A stretch of DNA of 64,000 nt from Octopus vulgaris (GCA_951406725.2 OX597817.1:108376001-108440000), one strand, 5' to 3'; positions 1-17,389 are shown, numbered from the stretch's first letter. The notes: a model not told the origin generated them from the sequence alone. A program made the numbers and translations.

Positions 1-10
1 CATGGATGAA

Positions 11-325
11 GACCCATGGCTCAGTGGTTAGAGCGTCGGGCTTACAATCATGAGGTCGTGAGTTCGATTCCTAGACCGGGCTGTGTGTTGTGTTCTTGAG
101 CAAGATACTCTATTTCACGTTGCTCCAGTTCACTCAGCTGTAGAAATGAGTTGCGACGTCACTGGTGCCAAGCTGTATCGGCGTTTGCCTTTCTCTTGGA
201 TAACATCAGTGTCGTGGAGAGGGGAGGCTGGTATGCATGAGTGACTGCTGGTCTTCCATAAACAATCTTGCCCGGACTTGTGCAATTCCATGGTCATTTA
301 TGAACGAAGGGCTCTTCACCCTTTT
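11..325 (+). mobile_element. tRNA-derived SINE
   Basis: A-box TGGCTCAGTGG and B-box GTTCGATTC, then GTTGTGTTCTTGAGCAAG...CACTCAGCTG, a core shared with copies at 11405-11726 and 35255-35510. Confidence 0.85.
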
Positions 326-809
326 ACGAGGCGAAAGAGAAGAGACGATCGAAGTCTAACAGCCATGCACAGTACAAAGGCTTGAGACATGATATAACTG
401 CATTAGTTTAAGACTGGTAATTGTATTAGGCATGCAGTACAAGACATTCAGTTAACTATTGTGATCATAGAAGTTGTCGAAAATGATCAGGTAAAAAAAT
501 TATGGTATATGGAAATTCAGATAGAGTAAAGATTGCAACATTGCAGAATAGATATCGTTGTACTAGAGAAAAAAACATTAGGACTTGTAAGATTTTTGTA
601 GAATTTGTCAATACAACATGAGCGTGAAACAAAAAAGGAAACAGGAAGGTGGTCAAATATGAGGACTGTAGAGAGAAAGGTAATAGGATAACTATGGAGA
701 AAGTCTGAAAATATCACCAAACAGCTTAAGCATGTATCTTCAGTACACTTTCAGTTTTAAGATATGCCGAATGTCTGAAGATACGGGTAGCGGCTTGGTC
801 TTCAGCGAT

Positions 810-881
810 TACATACATGCATGCATACACACACACATACATACATACATACATACATACATACATACATACATACATACA

Positions 882-913
<32 letters not shown>

Positions 914-926
914 CACACACATACAT
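810..926. repeat. (ACAT)n microsatellite
   Basis: direct reading. Confidence 0.95.
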
Positions 927-1264
927 ACTACTACTTGCTGCAGTGGTAGTGATAGTGGTAGTAGTTATAATGATTACATCAACAACAGCAATAGCAACAA
1001 CAACGATGATAATAGTAAAGATTCTTTATTGACCACAATGGCCACACAATCCGCTTGAGACAATGCAAAGACAAATGATAAAACTCTTCAACTCTGCATT
1101 TGGCAGAGTTGCAGACCTGCTAAATTCATTTCCCTCGTTTGAGCCTACACTACCACGCTTCTTTTCGCAGAACTAGAAATTCTCATGTTCTGCTCTACGT
1201 CTCAGTAGACCCGGATCCCTGTCTATGAAATTTACCTACCTGCACCTCCAACGGCATCCGTGTA

Positions 1265-2830
1265 AAGGACAATACAAAATTGTGGACAACTAAAAGTATT
1301 CCTATCTTTGCCTTTAACGAATATCCTATTTATTATAAGATTTGCGTGAGCTGTCGCTATTACTCCAGGTCCACTGTGGAACGTTCGGTTCATCCAGTCT
1401 GTAACGGTCTACTAGATTATAGCTCTCTAGTAAATCCTTGAGGCCAGGATTTTCCCACCTATCTGTCGAGCCAACACTATCCGCCCGTGCATCAAGGATA
1501 GTTTTAAAGTCTCCTAACAGAACTACCGTTTTTGAAGTCACTAGAAAGTGATGTAGGTCTCAATAAAAACCGAACTGCCTACACACCTTAGGAGCATAGA
1601 CAGCTACCAACCTGAAGGACTGTTTACTCCCGTGGGTTACATCTAGGATGACCAGCCTACCTTTCTTTTCTTGCACTTGTGGTGTTGTAGCCTTGGCGGC
1701 AGTGGGGCTTTATTTTTCCTTGTTTCAGGGCAGGAAGCCTTTAAGTGAGTTACAGATCCACATATATGGCATCTTGCCATTCTACCCTCCACTAACGCTG
1801 ACAGGTGGGTACCATCAAGGAGATCGAATAGATCTGGTAGCTGGTCGATATGGTCCTACTTGCATTGCAAAGTCAGTTCCATACCTATACCTAACCAGTT
1901 TTACTGAAGTATTTTCTTTACCTCCAAGATTGTCACTTCATCTAAACCTAACAAGACGACCGCCACTAACCAGGTAATGGATTTTTTCTGGCAGCTCATT
2001 CAGCACCCTAATCTTGGCAAGGCGTTGACCGCGAAAGCTGGGGATTATGAAAAAGTTGTCATTCCTCAAAGTGGTTGCGGAATTACATCTAGCTTCTTCC
2101 GTCCCAAATCTCACCTCAGTGGTTCTAAAACTTCTTTCCTCGGGTGATATGGGTCTTCTGTTCCCACAGGCGCCCAAGGCACTTTTGTATTTCACTCTCA
2201 GGAGCATTTTCACCCGCCGAGACTTGACTCCGATGCAACGGTATGTTACCGTGCATCTTGCGATATTTTCTATCACGTCGGATAGCCGGTTTAGAGCTAC
2301 TTTTCTCCCATCTCTTTTTACAATTTTTCTTGCCAATTTTAATTCTTTTTCATCAGTGTGGAAACTTCCCATTTTCCCGCCGCAAAAACGCAGAGGTGAT
2401 ATTTGCGTTTTTATGTTTCGTTTCTTTCGTACTGTTGCTGCTGTTATTATTATTATTGTTGTTGCTGTCACCGCTGCTGCTGTTGCTGTTGTTATTCTCG
2501 TTGACCACACCAAAAGTTTTGACGTTGTTTAGAGACGAAACATTTTTCGCTTCGGGGATGTCATTAAGTTTAGGCCATTCGACATTCATATTCTCAATTC
2601 TTTTCCCGTTTTCAGTTTTCTCCGACAAGGAACGCGTTCCTTTGTCGAGCATTATTATGATGGCTTCTTTATCAGCCATCTTTAAATAATTAAAGAAAAT
2701 TGCAAAATATTTGTTTTTGCCGAAAGCAGTTAAAATTCAAAACTTATTGATGCGCACCCCTGCAAAACAGGAGGTCTGTTTCTACACAAAAACACTATTT
2801 GTGCAATCCAGACAGTCTCAGAAATGCAAT
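1265..2830 (-). mobile_element. Tx1/L1-clade LINE, decayed 5' part (ORF1 plus AP-endonuclease fragment)
   Basis: ORF 1326-1541 has VLLGDFKTILD...LVDRYR...WTWSNS, an APE endonuclease pattern; ORFs 1938-2679 resemble the ORF1-like piece at 24290-24620 (TVTYRCIGVKSRR vs TVKYKCVSV*SRR). Confidence 0.75.
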
Positions 2831-2949
2831 GGTAACAATAAAAATGAAAACACGGAGCCTTAGAAAGCCGAAAAGATTATAGACACTTTTTTAATTTACG
2901 GAGCTTCAAAATTCCGTGACTTTGAAGTATGGTAGCTGGGAAAAAAAAG

Positions 2950-4805
2950 GATGTAGGAAAAGTTCTCAGAGTGTAAAAAACATCATACAAGCATGTCCAT
3001 GGCTTGAATTGACTTTAAGAAGGCATATTATATGATGCCTCATTCTTGGATCGTTGAATGCCTGCAGATGATTGGTGCTGCTGACAACATCACAAATTTT
3101 CTGATGTATAGCGTGAAAGAGTGGAAAGCCAAATTGTACTTAAGTAATATATTAAAAAGGGAATCTTTCCAAGGTGACACGTTTTCTCCGTTACGTTTTG
3201 TAATTGCACTAATACCCATAACAATGACACTTAGGAAAGTTAAGATGGGTTACCGATGTGGGAAGAAAGGCCCATCATTGAACCATCTTCTATTCATAGA
3301 TGACCTGAAATTGTTCGGGAAATCTGAAAAAACAGATAGATTCCTTAACCAAAACAGTCCAGAAGTGTGGTAGGGACATCGGTATGGAATTTGGGATTGC
3401 CAAATGCTCAGTACTTAATATGAAAGGAAGGAAGAAAGCAGTCTGCAGAGGATTGTTGTTACCACCAGGAGAGACTATAGTTGAACCCGACAGATATTTA
3501 GGGATTTTGGAGCTGTGACATCTTACACTGAGAAATGAAAAGTCAAGGTCAGCGAAGCGTATCAAAAATGTGTGAAGATGGTGTTTAAATCGAATCAGAA
3601 TCCCAAAAATTTGATCACCACAATGAAAATCTGGGCAGTTGCGGTGGCCAGGTGGACTAAGAAGGAAATATCAACACTGGATAGAAAGACGAGAAAGTTG
3701 ATGACGCTGCATGGGGCGTTACAACCTAAAGCAAACGTAAACAGACTCCATATGAAAAGAAAGAATGGTGGCAGAGGACTAATTAGTATAGACCAATGTA
3801 TAAGGAGAGAAAGGAGAACGCTTGCTGAATATTTGATAAATTGTGATGAAGATCTGCTGCAATATGCCGTGAAAGATATGGGTGTAAATGCAGATGAAAT
3901 GATGGGCAAGGAAGAATTTAACCAAGGAGCTGAGATGAAGAGAAAAGAAGACTTCTTGAAATGAGAATGCATGGACAGTTTGAAGAGAATACACAAAATG
4001 TTAAGGATAATACAGCATCGTGGGCATGGCTTGATCGAGGTGATTTGAAGCGTACCACCATTGCTGTACAAGACCAGGCTCTCGTTACCAATTCAGTGAA
4101 GTATAACATCTATAAAACTTTTGACACCCAGAAATGCAGACACTGTGGAAAGAATGTGGAAAATGTTATCCACTTGGTAGGTGGATGTGAGATCCTACAA
4201 GTGCCGCCACGATAAAGTGTGTGTGTGTATCTTCATTGGCTCTTATGCCGTAAATATTAATATGAAGTAACAGAGAACTGGTATGAGCATGTACCAAGTA
4301 AAGTTATGCAGGAAGATGGAAAAGTAACGATACTCTGGGACTATGATTTTCAGACAGATCCTGTAATCAAACACCGTCGGTCGGATATTGTTATATTGAA
4401 TTAGAGAGACAAGTACTGTCAGATCATTGATGTAGCCATACCAAATGACATGAATGTTGTGAGTAAAGAAGTTGAAAAAATCACCAAGTGCTCTGAATTG
4501 AAAGTGGAGATGGCAAGTGAAGATGGAGATGGCAAGACTGTATGGAATGCGAGAGAATAATGTAAAAGTGATACCAATGGTGATCGGAGCGTTGGGCTCA
4601 ATCCCATTGAAACTTCAAAACTTCTTAATGTAACTGGAAATCCCATGCATGATTGATGTCTTGCAAAAAGCAGCCTTATTGGGCAGAATACACATCTTAA
4701 GAACAGTATTATCTGTCTGAGGTCCTTGCTGTGACTTGACAGATGACTAAAGTCTCCGCTGCATTTTTGTCTACACTGTGTTACGAAGGAATAATGATAA
4801 TAATA
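2950..4805 (+). mobile_element. R4/Dong-clade non-LTR retrotransposon, 5'-truncated, degenerate
   Basis: QGDTFSP, HLLFIDDLKLF, GGRGLI, CRHC..ENVIHLVGGC zinc knuckle; ends in AATAATGATAATAATAA. Confidence 0.9.
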
Positions 4806-5459
4806 AGTGAGTATTGAGAGCAGAGTGAACGAAACAATTTCCTATTTCACGAACGTCTCCTCTAGACTTGCTCCAAACCACTACAAGTTGTGGCGATACG
4901 ATAAGGTAGCGAAAGTGCTACATTTGAAACTGCGTAAAGTGGGGGCTAGAGAAAGGCAAGACTTGGTATAAGCGCAAACAGCAGAGAGTGGCGGAGTCGG
5001 AGACTTGCAAAATCCTCTGAGATTTCCCAGTCCAAACAGATCAAATGCATAACACACATGACCTAGTGGTGGTAGACAGGTGCACCACATGTCCTATATA
5101 GTTGATGTTGTGTGTCCCTTTGATCTATGAATAGTCAAGAAGGGTGGGTCGGTGGGGGGCAAAAAATAAAAGATAAATAAGTACGAAATAGCCAGGCTAT
5201 GGAGAATGAAGGTGAGGATAGTGCCAATTATTGTTGAGTCCTTGGGGTCAGTATCAGAAGGCATCATGAGGAATATAAAGGAAATCGAAATAGATTGCCC
5301 AGTAGAACTGTTACAAAAGGTTTGCCTGCTTGGCACGGTCAGAATAATCAAGTATTAGATAGTTGAAAAGAATAGATAGCATGGTACTGTAGGCTGAAGG
5401 CAGCAAGCCCGTCACGCTTGCACGACTTCAAAAGTTTCGCGATCTGAGATAAAAAAGAA

Positions 5460-5460
<1 letters not shown>
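4806..5460 (+). mobile_element. R4/Dong 3' fragment (RLE region plus 3'UTR)
   Basis: decayed RHDKVAKVLH, IVDVVCPFD and LQKVCLLGT motifs; flanked on both sides by AAT repeats. Confidence 0.75.
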
Positions 5461-5915
<455 letters not shown>

Positions 5916-6310
5916 GAATGAGGGCCAACCTTAGGAATTCCGCATCTGGAAGAGTGTGGATGAAACCATTGCCCATATCATGAACGAATGCCCTAGACTT
6001 GCCTCAAACCCACAACAAGTTGTGACGGCACGACCAGGTGGCGAAAGTGTTGCATTGGAAACTGTGAAAAGTGGGGGCTAGCGTGAGGCAAGGCTAGAGT
6101 TGGAGACCAGCAAGATCCTCTGGGATTTCTATATCCAAACAGATCAGATGCTAGAGCATAATAGACCGGACCTAGAGTGGTGATGGACAAGGTGCACTAC
6201 ATATGCTATATAGTTGATGTTGCATGCCCCTTCGACACACGAATATTCAAGAAAGAAGGCAAAAAGATAGATACAACCTTCTCAAGTCCGAAATAGCCCA
6301 GTTATGTAAA
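5916..6310 (+). mobile_element. R4/Dong RLE fragment related to 4806-5460
   Basis: ETIAHIMNEC..RHDQVAKVLHWKL and CYIVDVACPFD. Confidence 0.75.
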
Positions 6311-6339
6311 ATGATGATGATGATGATGATTGTGATGAT

Positions 6340-6677
6340 GAAAGTGGCGAGAATGGTACGAGTGAACGGGCCTGCCCTCAGTATACGCCTATAGTTGGAA
6401 AAAGTAAAGGAAATGAAAAAAAGGCACCTGCCCCAAAAGTCAGGGCACTCATAGTTTTTATGGAGTTTTTTCATGAGCAGCCCTCGAACGTCTCCTCCTT
6501 ATTGAGGATTACACATTGTTGATCTCTTTTTTGTTTTTTATTTTATTAGTCCTCTTTACACGCAAAACCGTCCCAACTACACACACTCACATACATACAC
6601 GCACACATTTTTTTGTTTTGTCCTGTGCTGTCCATAATGTTTTTCTTCATGTAAACCCATGTGGTTAATAAAGAAAT
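6340..6677 (+). mobile_element. Tx1-clade LINE 3' end
   Basis: AAAGTGGCGAGAATGGTACGAGTGAACGG matches ORF2 ends at ~26335-26390 and ~33960-34010; ends AATAAAGAAA. Confidence 0.7.
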
Positions 6678-6743
6678 CATTATTATTGACGTCATAAGAA
6701 TTTAGAAACTTCAGGAACGGGAAATAATTATTTTTATTAGGAA

Positions 6744-6744
<1 letters not shown>

Positions 6745-6775
<31 letters not shown>

Positions 6776-6958
6776 CTTCTTCTTCTTCTTCTTCTTCTTC
6801 TTCTTCTTCTTCTTCTTCTTCTTCTTCTTCTTCTTCTTCTTCTTCTTCTTCTTTATCTTCTTCTTTATCTTCTTCTTCTTCTTCTTCTTCTTCTTCTTCT
6901 TCTTCTTCTTCTTCTTCTTCTTCTTCTTCTTCTTCTTCTTCTTCTTCTTCTTCTTCTT
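6745..6958. repeat. (CTT)n microsatellite
   Basis: direct reading; source of the poly-E and poly-K pseudo-ORFs. Confidence 0.95.
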
Positions 6959-7104
6959 GACGCATGTTTCATCGGAGAGAAAAAAGTTTGTCAAACGAAA
7001 TAAGATAAAATATGTGACTGGACAGAGAAAATATATATGGAAAAATAAAACAGTTAAAATATGTGAGTTTATGCTGCACTACGCACATACAGACAGACAC
7101 AGAT

Positions 7105-7167
<63 letters not shown>

Positions 7168-7202
7168 ACAAACACATAGATAGATGGGTAGATAGATAGA
7201 TA
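7105..7202. repeat. (GATA)n microsatellite
   Basis: direct reading. Confidence 0.9.
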
Positions 7203-7990
7203 CAGAATTTGCTGATATCTAAGTGCGTTTTTTTCGGGCAAATGTATGTAGTTAAATGAGCGAATTAAAGGAGAGTTTTAATATTTCCTCAAGCCAAACA
7301 TGGATGACTGTGCATTCCCAGTTGGGGGAAACTTCAAGTAGTTAATAAGACCTCAGCAATAACGTCCAAAAATCTTTCTAAGAAACCAGGAATGTAATTT
7401 GAGCAAACAACTACTTTGATGTCTAAAATCTGTCTGTGGCAGCGAGTCAGAACTGGATATTAGCATTAATAGCACGTGCTACTGAGCTTGACACTACTTG
7501 GTCTATATTAGTGATTCTAGTTAACATCTGTTTGCGAATTTTTGTCGAGAACAGATACAGAGTTGCAATGAATCCCCCGATGGAATATGCGAGGAAGTTA
7601 TGTTGTCACATACTGCGGAAATCATCAGAAAAGATGAACATTATAAGTTATTCCTGGAAATATTCTTGATTAGCATTTTTCGGATCATGTAAAAAAGAAA
7701 AGTAAAGAAGAAAAAAATATGGAGAAAAAGAGATAATATAAGAGAGAAAGAAAACTCCAAAGCAAGAATATACAAGAGGAAAGCAAATACTAAGTCTGAT
7801 TCGAATCCACGAGAAGACAAACTGCCAATATCTGAGGTGTTGTTTTAATGAATTTAAAGAATTGATACTAAAACACGTATTCAAACACACAAATACAGAT
7901 AAATACGCATGTGTGGAGCGTGAGAGTAAATGCGCCTGCGTATTCATACATACATACAAACATACATACCTAAAAATATACATACATACA

Positions 7991-8050
<60 letters not shown>

Positions 8051-8893
8051 CATACATATATATATATATATACATGGAAGGAGGGTTGGCTCGATATATG
8101 AATGGTTGGACAGACAGAAAGACCGACAAATAGATGGGTGGATGGGTGGATAAGTAGATAGACAGATAAATAGATGGATAGATAGTAGGAAGGTAGATAG
8201 ATAGATGGAAGGATAGATAGACAGATAGACTGATGGCTAGATATTTAGATGGAGTGATAGATATATAGCTAGATAGACAGTAATAAAAATGAAATAGTTT
8301 AAAACAAACAGGCACAGAGATACGTTTAATCATAATAAATCGAAATAGATAAAAGAACAATAGGGCAAAATATGCTGTCATAGCATTTTTTTAATGGACG
8401 GCTGGCTGACCATATTACTTCTATTATTAAAGAAAAATTAACAAGCTTCCACAACTCTAGAGAAACGTGTTAGTTAACAAACTTTCTTCATGGAAACAAT
8501 CCAAAGAGTGTTATTGTTATATTTAGCATTTGGATATAATCCATAAACTAAGTTTATTAACTGATGCAATTAAGGTTTAGCCATCTCCCAGAAATCCTGT
8601 CTTTATATGAATTCTAAATTGGTTCATAGATATTATACGTGTGTGTGTGTGTATGTGTACGTCTGTTTGTGTGCGTTTGTGTTTGTGTGTATGTGTGTGT
8701 GTGTGCGTGTGTGTATGCGTCTGTGTGTGTGTATGCGTGCACGCGGCGTATGTGTGTGTGTGTGTGTGTGTATGCTTGTGCACGTGTGAGTGTGAGAGAG
8801 ATAGTAAGGGAGACCAAGCGTTCGTATCTGTAAGAGAATTTGTAAATGTGTGAATGTGTGCATTCAGAATATTTGAGGAATAGATAGATAGAG

Positions 8894-8924
<31 letters not shown>

Positions 8925-9162
8925 TACACAGATAGATTGATTGATAGATACTTACAAAGATTCGTATGCATTTCAGTGAATGCGGTGTTTGAGTATAAAA
9001 ATACCTTCATATCCATTCTTAGAGTAGAACACGTAAAAATATATTCAGGATATGGAAATGCGTGATATAATTCCTATAACTTAAGCCAGAAATTCTATGG
9101 ATGAGTTAAGCGCTAATGACTCGAAGAAATTAGAACCTTCTGGATTTGTCTAGAGAGCGCGT

Positions 9163-9193
<31 letters not shown>

Positions 9194-9287
9194 GAGAGGG
9201 AGAGAGAGATGGGAGGAGAGATGGGAGGGAGAGATGGTGGGGAGAGAGAAATAGGGAAAGAGAGAGAAGTTTCTTATTTTGATGCGA

Positions 9288-9745
9288 TATACTGGGTTTG
9301 CAAGAAATAAATTTTGGTTTTTTAGAGTGAAATAAAAGTAATTTTTTTCATGCAAAGAATGAACTTTAATCAATTATATATTTTCCATTTTGTTCGATGA
9401 CCTTTTACTATCTCTGGCAACTTCATGATTCCGCGCTCATACAACTTCTGGTCATTATCAGGCAAAATCTAAAGCAAGCGCGATTTCAGCTCATCGTCAT
9501 TATTGAAAGTTTTACCATTCAAAGAATTTTACAAACTTCGAAATAAATGGTAATCTGATGGTGCAAGGTCAGGGCTACATGGTGGATGTGACATCAGTTC
9601 CCAACCGAGCTCCAATAAGTTTTCACGAGTTAGCAAAAGGCGTGTGTGGTCTAGCGTTGTCATGGTGGAACATGATTCCATTACGTTTTTCTTTGATTTT
9701 TCCTCCAGTTTCATTAGTTGTTGACAGTAAACATCCGTATTGATC
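9288..9745 (-). mobile_element. mariner transposon 3' remnant
   Basis: LGWELMSHPPCSPDLAPSDYHLFRSL is the mariner YSPDLAP motif. Confidence 0.85.
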
Positions 9746-9890
9746 GATTGGTTCTTTGAAATTAGTGACCAATAGAATAAGTAACAGGCTTCAAAAAGAT
9801 ACTGGGGTCGATTTATTCGACTAAACTTCAAGGCGCTGCCCCAGCAAGGCCGCAGTCCAATGACTGAAACAAGTAAAAGATAAAAGTAAT
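9746..9890 (+). mobile_element. SINE 3' fragment (same family as 60465-61787)
   Basis: GGGGTCGATTT...GGCCGCAGTCCAATGACTGAAACAAGTAAAAGA is the reverse complement of 60465-60590. Confidence 0.8.
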
Positions 9891-10798
9891 AAGAAAACCG
9901 AAAAATTCATACCTTACAAATGATGTCTGTTGAGATATTTATTCTACATTGAATTAGAAGACCTACATTATTTAGTGTCGCCGTCAGAACTGCAGTGAAC
10001 CCGTGACTAGTTCGTAATGAAGTCATAACTAATGGAATATTACCAATTGCGATATAAGATAAATAAATAAAAGTTTATGTCCCTACCCGTCAGCACTCAA
10101 GCTTATTTTAGAGATTCAAATTTTGTTTATAACCGTAAAAGATAAATTAAGTCAACTGTCCAAATTTGAACCATTTCCTGCTAAATAAATATTCCTTTGT
10201 CATTGAGGTCTACAAGTTGATATATCTTCGAATGGTTTAAAATAAAGGCTTATTAATATACGAGGGATTGTGGTAAGTTTTTAATTGTTAATAGTGCTAC
10301 AGCAAAAATCTCTTCCTCACACTAAAACAAGATAATTTCACTTGAAACTCATTGCCATTTTCAACTTGACTGTTGTCATTTGGTTACTTTTCTTTCGTCT
10401 TCTCTTCAGTTTATTTGAATTATTTAGCAATGTTATCCAAAACTAATCCATAAGTTTCAAGACTGCCATTAAGAGTGAAATGTCAGAAATGTTCAAATGA
10501 AATTCACTGAAACACTTATCAAAGAGCTGACAGCTACTAATTGTGAATTAGCTTCTTGAAACAAGTCATGTATTAGAAATACAGTATACACTTAATTATT
10601 AGCTCTTTTATCAGATAGGTTTCAGAAATGTTAAGAAAGTAAATTACAAAAAATAGCGAGAGGATTGATATAAATAAATGTACGTACATATCAACAATCA
10701 TTAATGTTCCCCACCATACATACATACATACATACATACATACATACATCCATACATACATACATACATACTTACACACACACACACACACACACACA

Positions 10799-10839
<41 letters not shown>

Positions 10840-10961
10840 ATATATATATATACACAAATATATAACTTCACACACATATAGAAATATGTATTATATATAA
10901 CATAAATACTCACCTGCACACACATATGTACCTACCTGTACATCTGAATATGTGTATATGT

Positions 10962-10962
10962 A

Positions 10963-11035
<73 letters not shown>
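10962..11035. repeat. (TATC)n microsatellite
   Basis: direct reading. Confidence 0.95.
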
Positions 11036-11046
<11 letters not shown>

Positions 11047-11381
11047 CCCTTTACACCATATATCATAACACTGTGATACACGATCCCTATTGATCGTTTT
11101 TTTTTCCTCTTCCCCTTCCCCCCCCTTTTTTCTTCTTTTTTCATTTCTCTTTCCTTTTGTTCCTTTTCCTTTCCTTTTTTTTCTTTTTATTCTTTTTATT
11201 TTATTCAATTTTTTTTTGTTTGTTTTTGTTCTTTTCTTCCCTTTTACGATCCCTCTTGATCGAAAACCTACGCCACCCCTTTTTTTTCTTTTGTTTTTTG
11301 TTCTCTTCATCCCCCAAAAGAAAAGCTCTACCTTGTTACTTGTCCCATCTGTGTGCAGCCCTGTGTGGCCAATAAAGAAAC
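11036..11381 (+). mobile_element. Tx1-clade LINE 3'UTR
   Basis: CTGTGATACACGATCCCT and AAAAGAAAAGCTCTAC...CAGCCCTGTGTGGCCAATAAAGAAA match 34140-34284. Confidence 0.8.
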
Positions 11382-11404
11382 TTATCTATATATATATATA
11401 TAAA

Positions 11405-11723
11405 TAAAGGAGCACTCCGTTGGTTACGACGACGAGGGTCCCAGCTGATATGATCAACGGAACAGCTTGCTTGTGAAATTAAAGTGCTGAGCAATCCACA
11501 GACACATGTACCCCTAACGTAATTTTCAGGGAGATGATTCAGCGTGATACAGAATGTGACAAAGCTGGCCTTTTGAAATACATGTACTACTCATTTTTGC
11601 CTGCTGAGTGGATGGAGCAACGTGAAATAAAGTGTCTTGCTCAAGGACACAACGCATCACCGGGAATTGAACTCACGACCTTATAATCGCGAGTCGAATA
11701 CTCTAACCACTAAGCCACGCGCC

Positions 11724-11726
<3 letters not shown>
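11405..11726 (-). mobile_element. tRNA-derived SINE
   Basis: minus strand has A-box TGGCTTAGTGG, B-box GTTCAATTC and the GTTGTGTCCTTGAGCAAG core. Confidence 0.85.
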
Positions 11727-11761
<35 letters not shown>

Positions 11762-12235
11762 CATGTTTGTATGTGTACATACATACAAACGTTTACACAC
11801 ACACACAGACGCTCACACACGCACATATATTTTCACATAGACATGGGCGCATGAGCACACACCACTTACGTTGGTTACTATTTTGTAGAGTTAAGCCTGT
11901 TGCGATCCTAACTCTTATTCGCAGCTAGTCACTGCATCCAGTATCAATTCTAAATATCTTTTTCCTCGAAAGGGAGGTAAGAAGTAAGTAAAAGCAAAAA
12001 GAAGTAAAATAAAAAGGAAACGGAAGAGAAACTCATGAGTTTCAGCATTACTCGTTGAATGGGGAAGAAAAGGAAATGCAGGAATTTGAATGAAAAGGAA
12101 AGGATAAGAAATACAAGGTTGTCATATTTACAAACAAATTAGATGTTACTGCTGTTTTGGAGCTTAGGTGTGGCATGGGAAGTTTTCTGTGCTTGACCAA
12201 ATACTGTCTTTCTTTTGTAATTTAGTTTATTTATA

Positions 12236-12249
12236 ACATTATTATTATA

Positions 12250-12308
<59 letters not shown>

Positions 12309-12352
12309 TATTATTATTATTATTATTATCATTATTATTATTATTATTATTA

Positions 12353-12429
<77 letters not shown>

Positions 12430-12536
12430 TCTGTAGCCCATCTTTTATACCAAGACAAAACAATGTACGTGATAACACTTCCAATCAGTTAAGATAAGAA
12501 GCCACAAGAGCCACTGTCAGGTACTGCATCAGAGCA

Positions 12537-12619
<83 letters not shown>

Positions 12620-12636
12620 TATCATCATCATCATCA

Positions 12637-12700
<64 letters not shown>

Positions 12701-12716
12701 TATTATTATTATTATT
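12236..12716. repeat. (ATT)n / ~107-bp repeat fragment (12431-12537) / (ATC)n(ATT)n composite
   Basis: fragment matches 14864-14971 and the end of 22745-23281. Confidence 0.85.
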
Positions 12717-15112
<2,396 letters not shown>

Positions 15113-15115
<3 letters not shown>

Positions 15116-17389
15116 TAGTTTTATTTTTATAGCGTGCTTTCACTTCACTACCGAGCGCAGCTCTGTGTGCCTTGGGTATGTGCTGTGATTTGTTGTGATG
15201 CTCTGATGGTTATTGTATGGAAAGTGTTCTGCGTAGGATGTGTGCAGTGCCTAGTAGTGCAATTTTCTGTATGTTATATGTGTTTGTAAGTCCTGGTGTT
15301 TTTGTTATGTATTTGTCTGAATATTTTTTTAATCATGCCTAATGCACCTACTATGATAGGAATTGCTTCTGTTTTTAGATTCCACATTCTGGTTACCTCT
15401 ATTTCCAGGTCTTTGTATTTTGTAAGTTTCTCCATTTCTTTTAGAGACACGTTGTCATCTGCCGGTATTGATACATCAATTAGAAAGCATTTTTTTTCTT
15501 CATGATCTCTGACAATTATATCTGGTCTGTTGGCCTTAATTTCTCTATCTGTGTGTATCGGCATATCCCAGAGTATGGTTGCTTTCTGGTGTGTGTTTAT
15601 ACCATCTTTTTTCTTTTGTTATTCCATAATGTTGGCATAGCTTCCAGTGTATGTAGGTTCTAACTCTGTCATGTCTGTGAATATATTCCTTCTTAGCCAG
15701 GACTGGGCAGCCAGAGATAATATGATTTATTGTTTCTTGTCCATCTCCACATATTCTGCAGTTACTTGTTATATTTCTTTTCATTACATGTTTTTGGTAA
15801 TTTCTGGTGGGGAGGCTTTGGTCTTGTGCTGCAATTAAAAATCCCTCTGTCTCTGCTTTGAGTCCTGAGCTTCTCAACCATTGCTGGGATTTTTCCTTTG
15901 TCTATTTCTTTTGCATTTAGTTTAGTCCAGTATTTACCATGAAGGGGCTTTTCTTGCCATCGTTTTATCATGGTTCGTTGCTGTTCTAGTTTTAGTTTGG
16001 ATTTCATTTGTTTTATAGCTTTTCTTCTTCTTCTTCTTCTTCTTCTTCTTCTTCTTCTTCTTCTTCTTCTTCTTCTTCTTCTTCTTCTTCTTCTTCTTCT
16101 TCTTCTTCTTCTTCTTCTTCGTCTTCTTCTTCATATTTGTTAGGTGGTATGATTTCTTGTTTGTATTTGTCAGCTTCCTTAAATACTGAGAACAGTTTTT
16201 TGTTTTGCTCGTGTTTTGCCGCTATTTGTATCAGTTTTCCTTCCTTCTGAAGTAGATAATTTTGCAGTCCTATGATGGTTATTTTATAGTAGTTTTCCAG
16301 CTGTATAAGGCCTCTACCACCTTCTATACGTTGTATATATAGTCTTTCTATGTCAGATTTTGGGTGATGCATCCTAGATCCTGTCATTATTTTTCTTGTT
16401 TTCCTATCTATTTTGGTCAGTTCATTTAGTGTCCAGTTAAGGATATTGTAGCTATAACTTATAACTGGGACAGCTAAAGTGTTAATACCTATTATCTTGT
16501 TTTTAGCATTGAGCTCTGTTTTTAGTATTGATCTAACTCGTCTATAATATTCTTTTTTTATTTTCTCTTTCATTTGTGTGTGTTGTGTCTTATTTATATT
16601 ATTATATTATTGGGCATTGTTGTGTGGCTTCTATCTACATTTTCCTGATGTATTTTTTCTTTTAGATGTTCTATTTCTATTTCTGATATTTTTTTGCGTT
16701 GAGAATGTATCTTCGTACGTTAGCTAGTTTATTAGGGTTCATTGCTGTATCCAAGTCTATATTTATGTTATTTTCCTTCCATATTTTATACGTATGTGTT
16801 GTTGTGTTTTCATTATTTGGGTAGAGCACTGCTGTAAAGTGAGCGTGTAGGATAGAAATGTATTCCTCACGTGTCCATTTATGTCTTTTGGGTTTTATTT
16901 GCGGGACATGAGGAACAACGTCCGGCCCATTATTTTGACGGTCGTCATTTTCGTAGGGTACCGGTCCGTTCATTTCTGTTGTCACATTGTTTTGCACGTG
17001 TAGTTTTTCGTACATTTGTGTTGTAAGTTTAAAGTACGTACTTCCAGATTGTTATTCTTGTGTTGAATAATATCGGTGTTATTTAATTTCTTCGTAGTTT
17101 TTTTTACATGGTGTTTGGGGTCGGGGATGATTTGGTGTTGATGGATCGTAATGTTTCACGTATGTTTACATGTGTTGTGTTAGAGGTGGAGATGATATCG
17201 AGTTAAAATACATCATTTCGTTTCGAAAATAGTTATAAATTTCAATGAGTATTACTTACTCGGATATAGTCCAATCCTTTGTCAGTAAATTTTTGGCTCC
17301 ATATGACGTCTTTGTTTTCGATGTCTGTGGATAGATTTCGGAGCACTGTTTTATCGTTCTCACATCTTAAACGTCTCCGGTGTTCTCTC

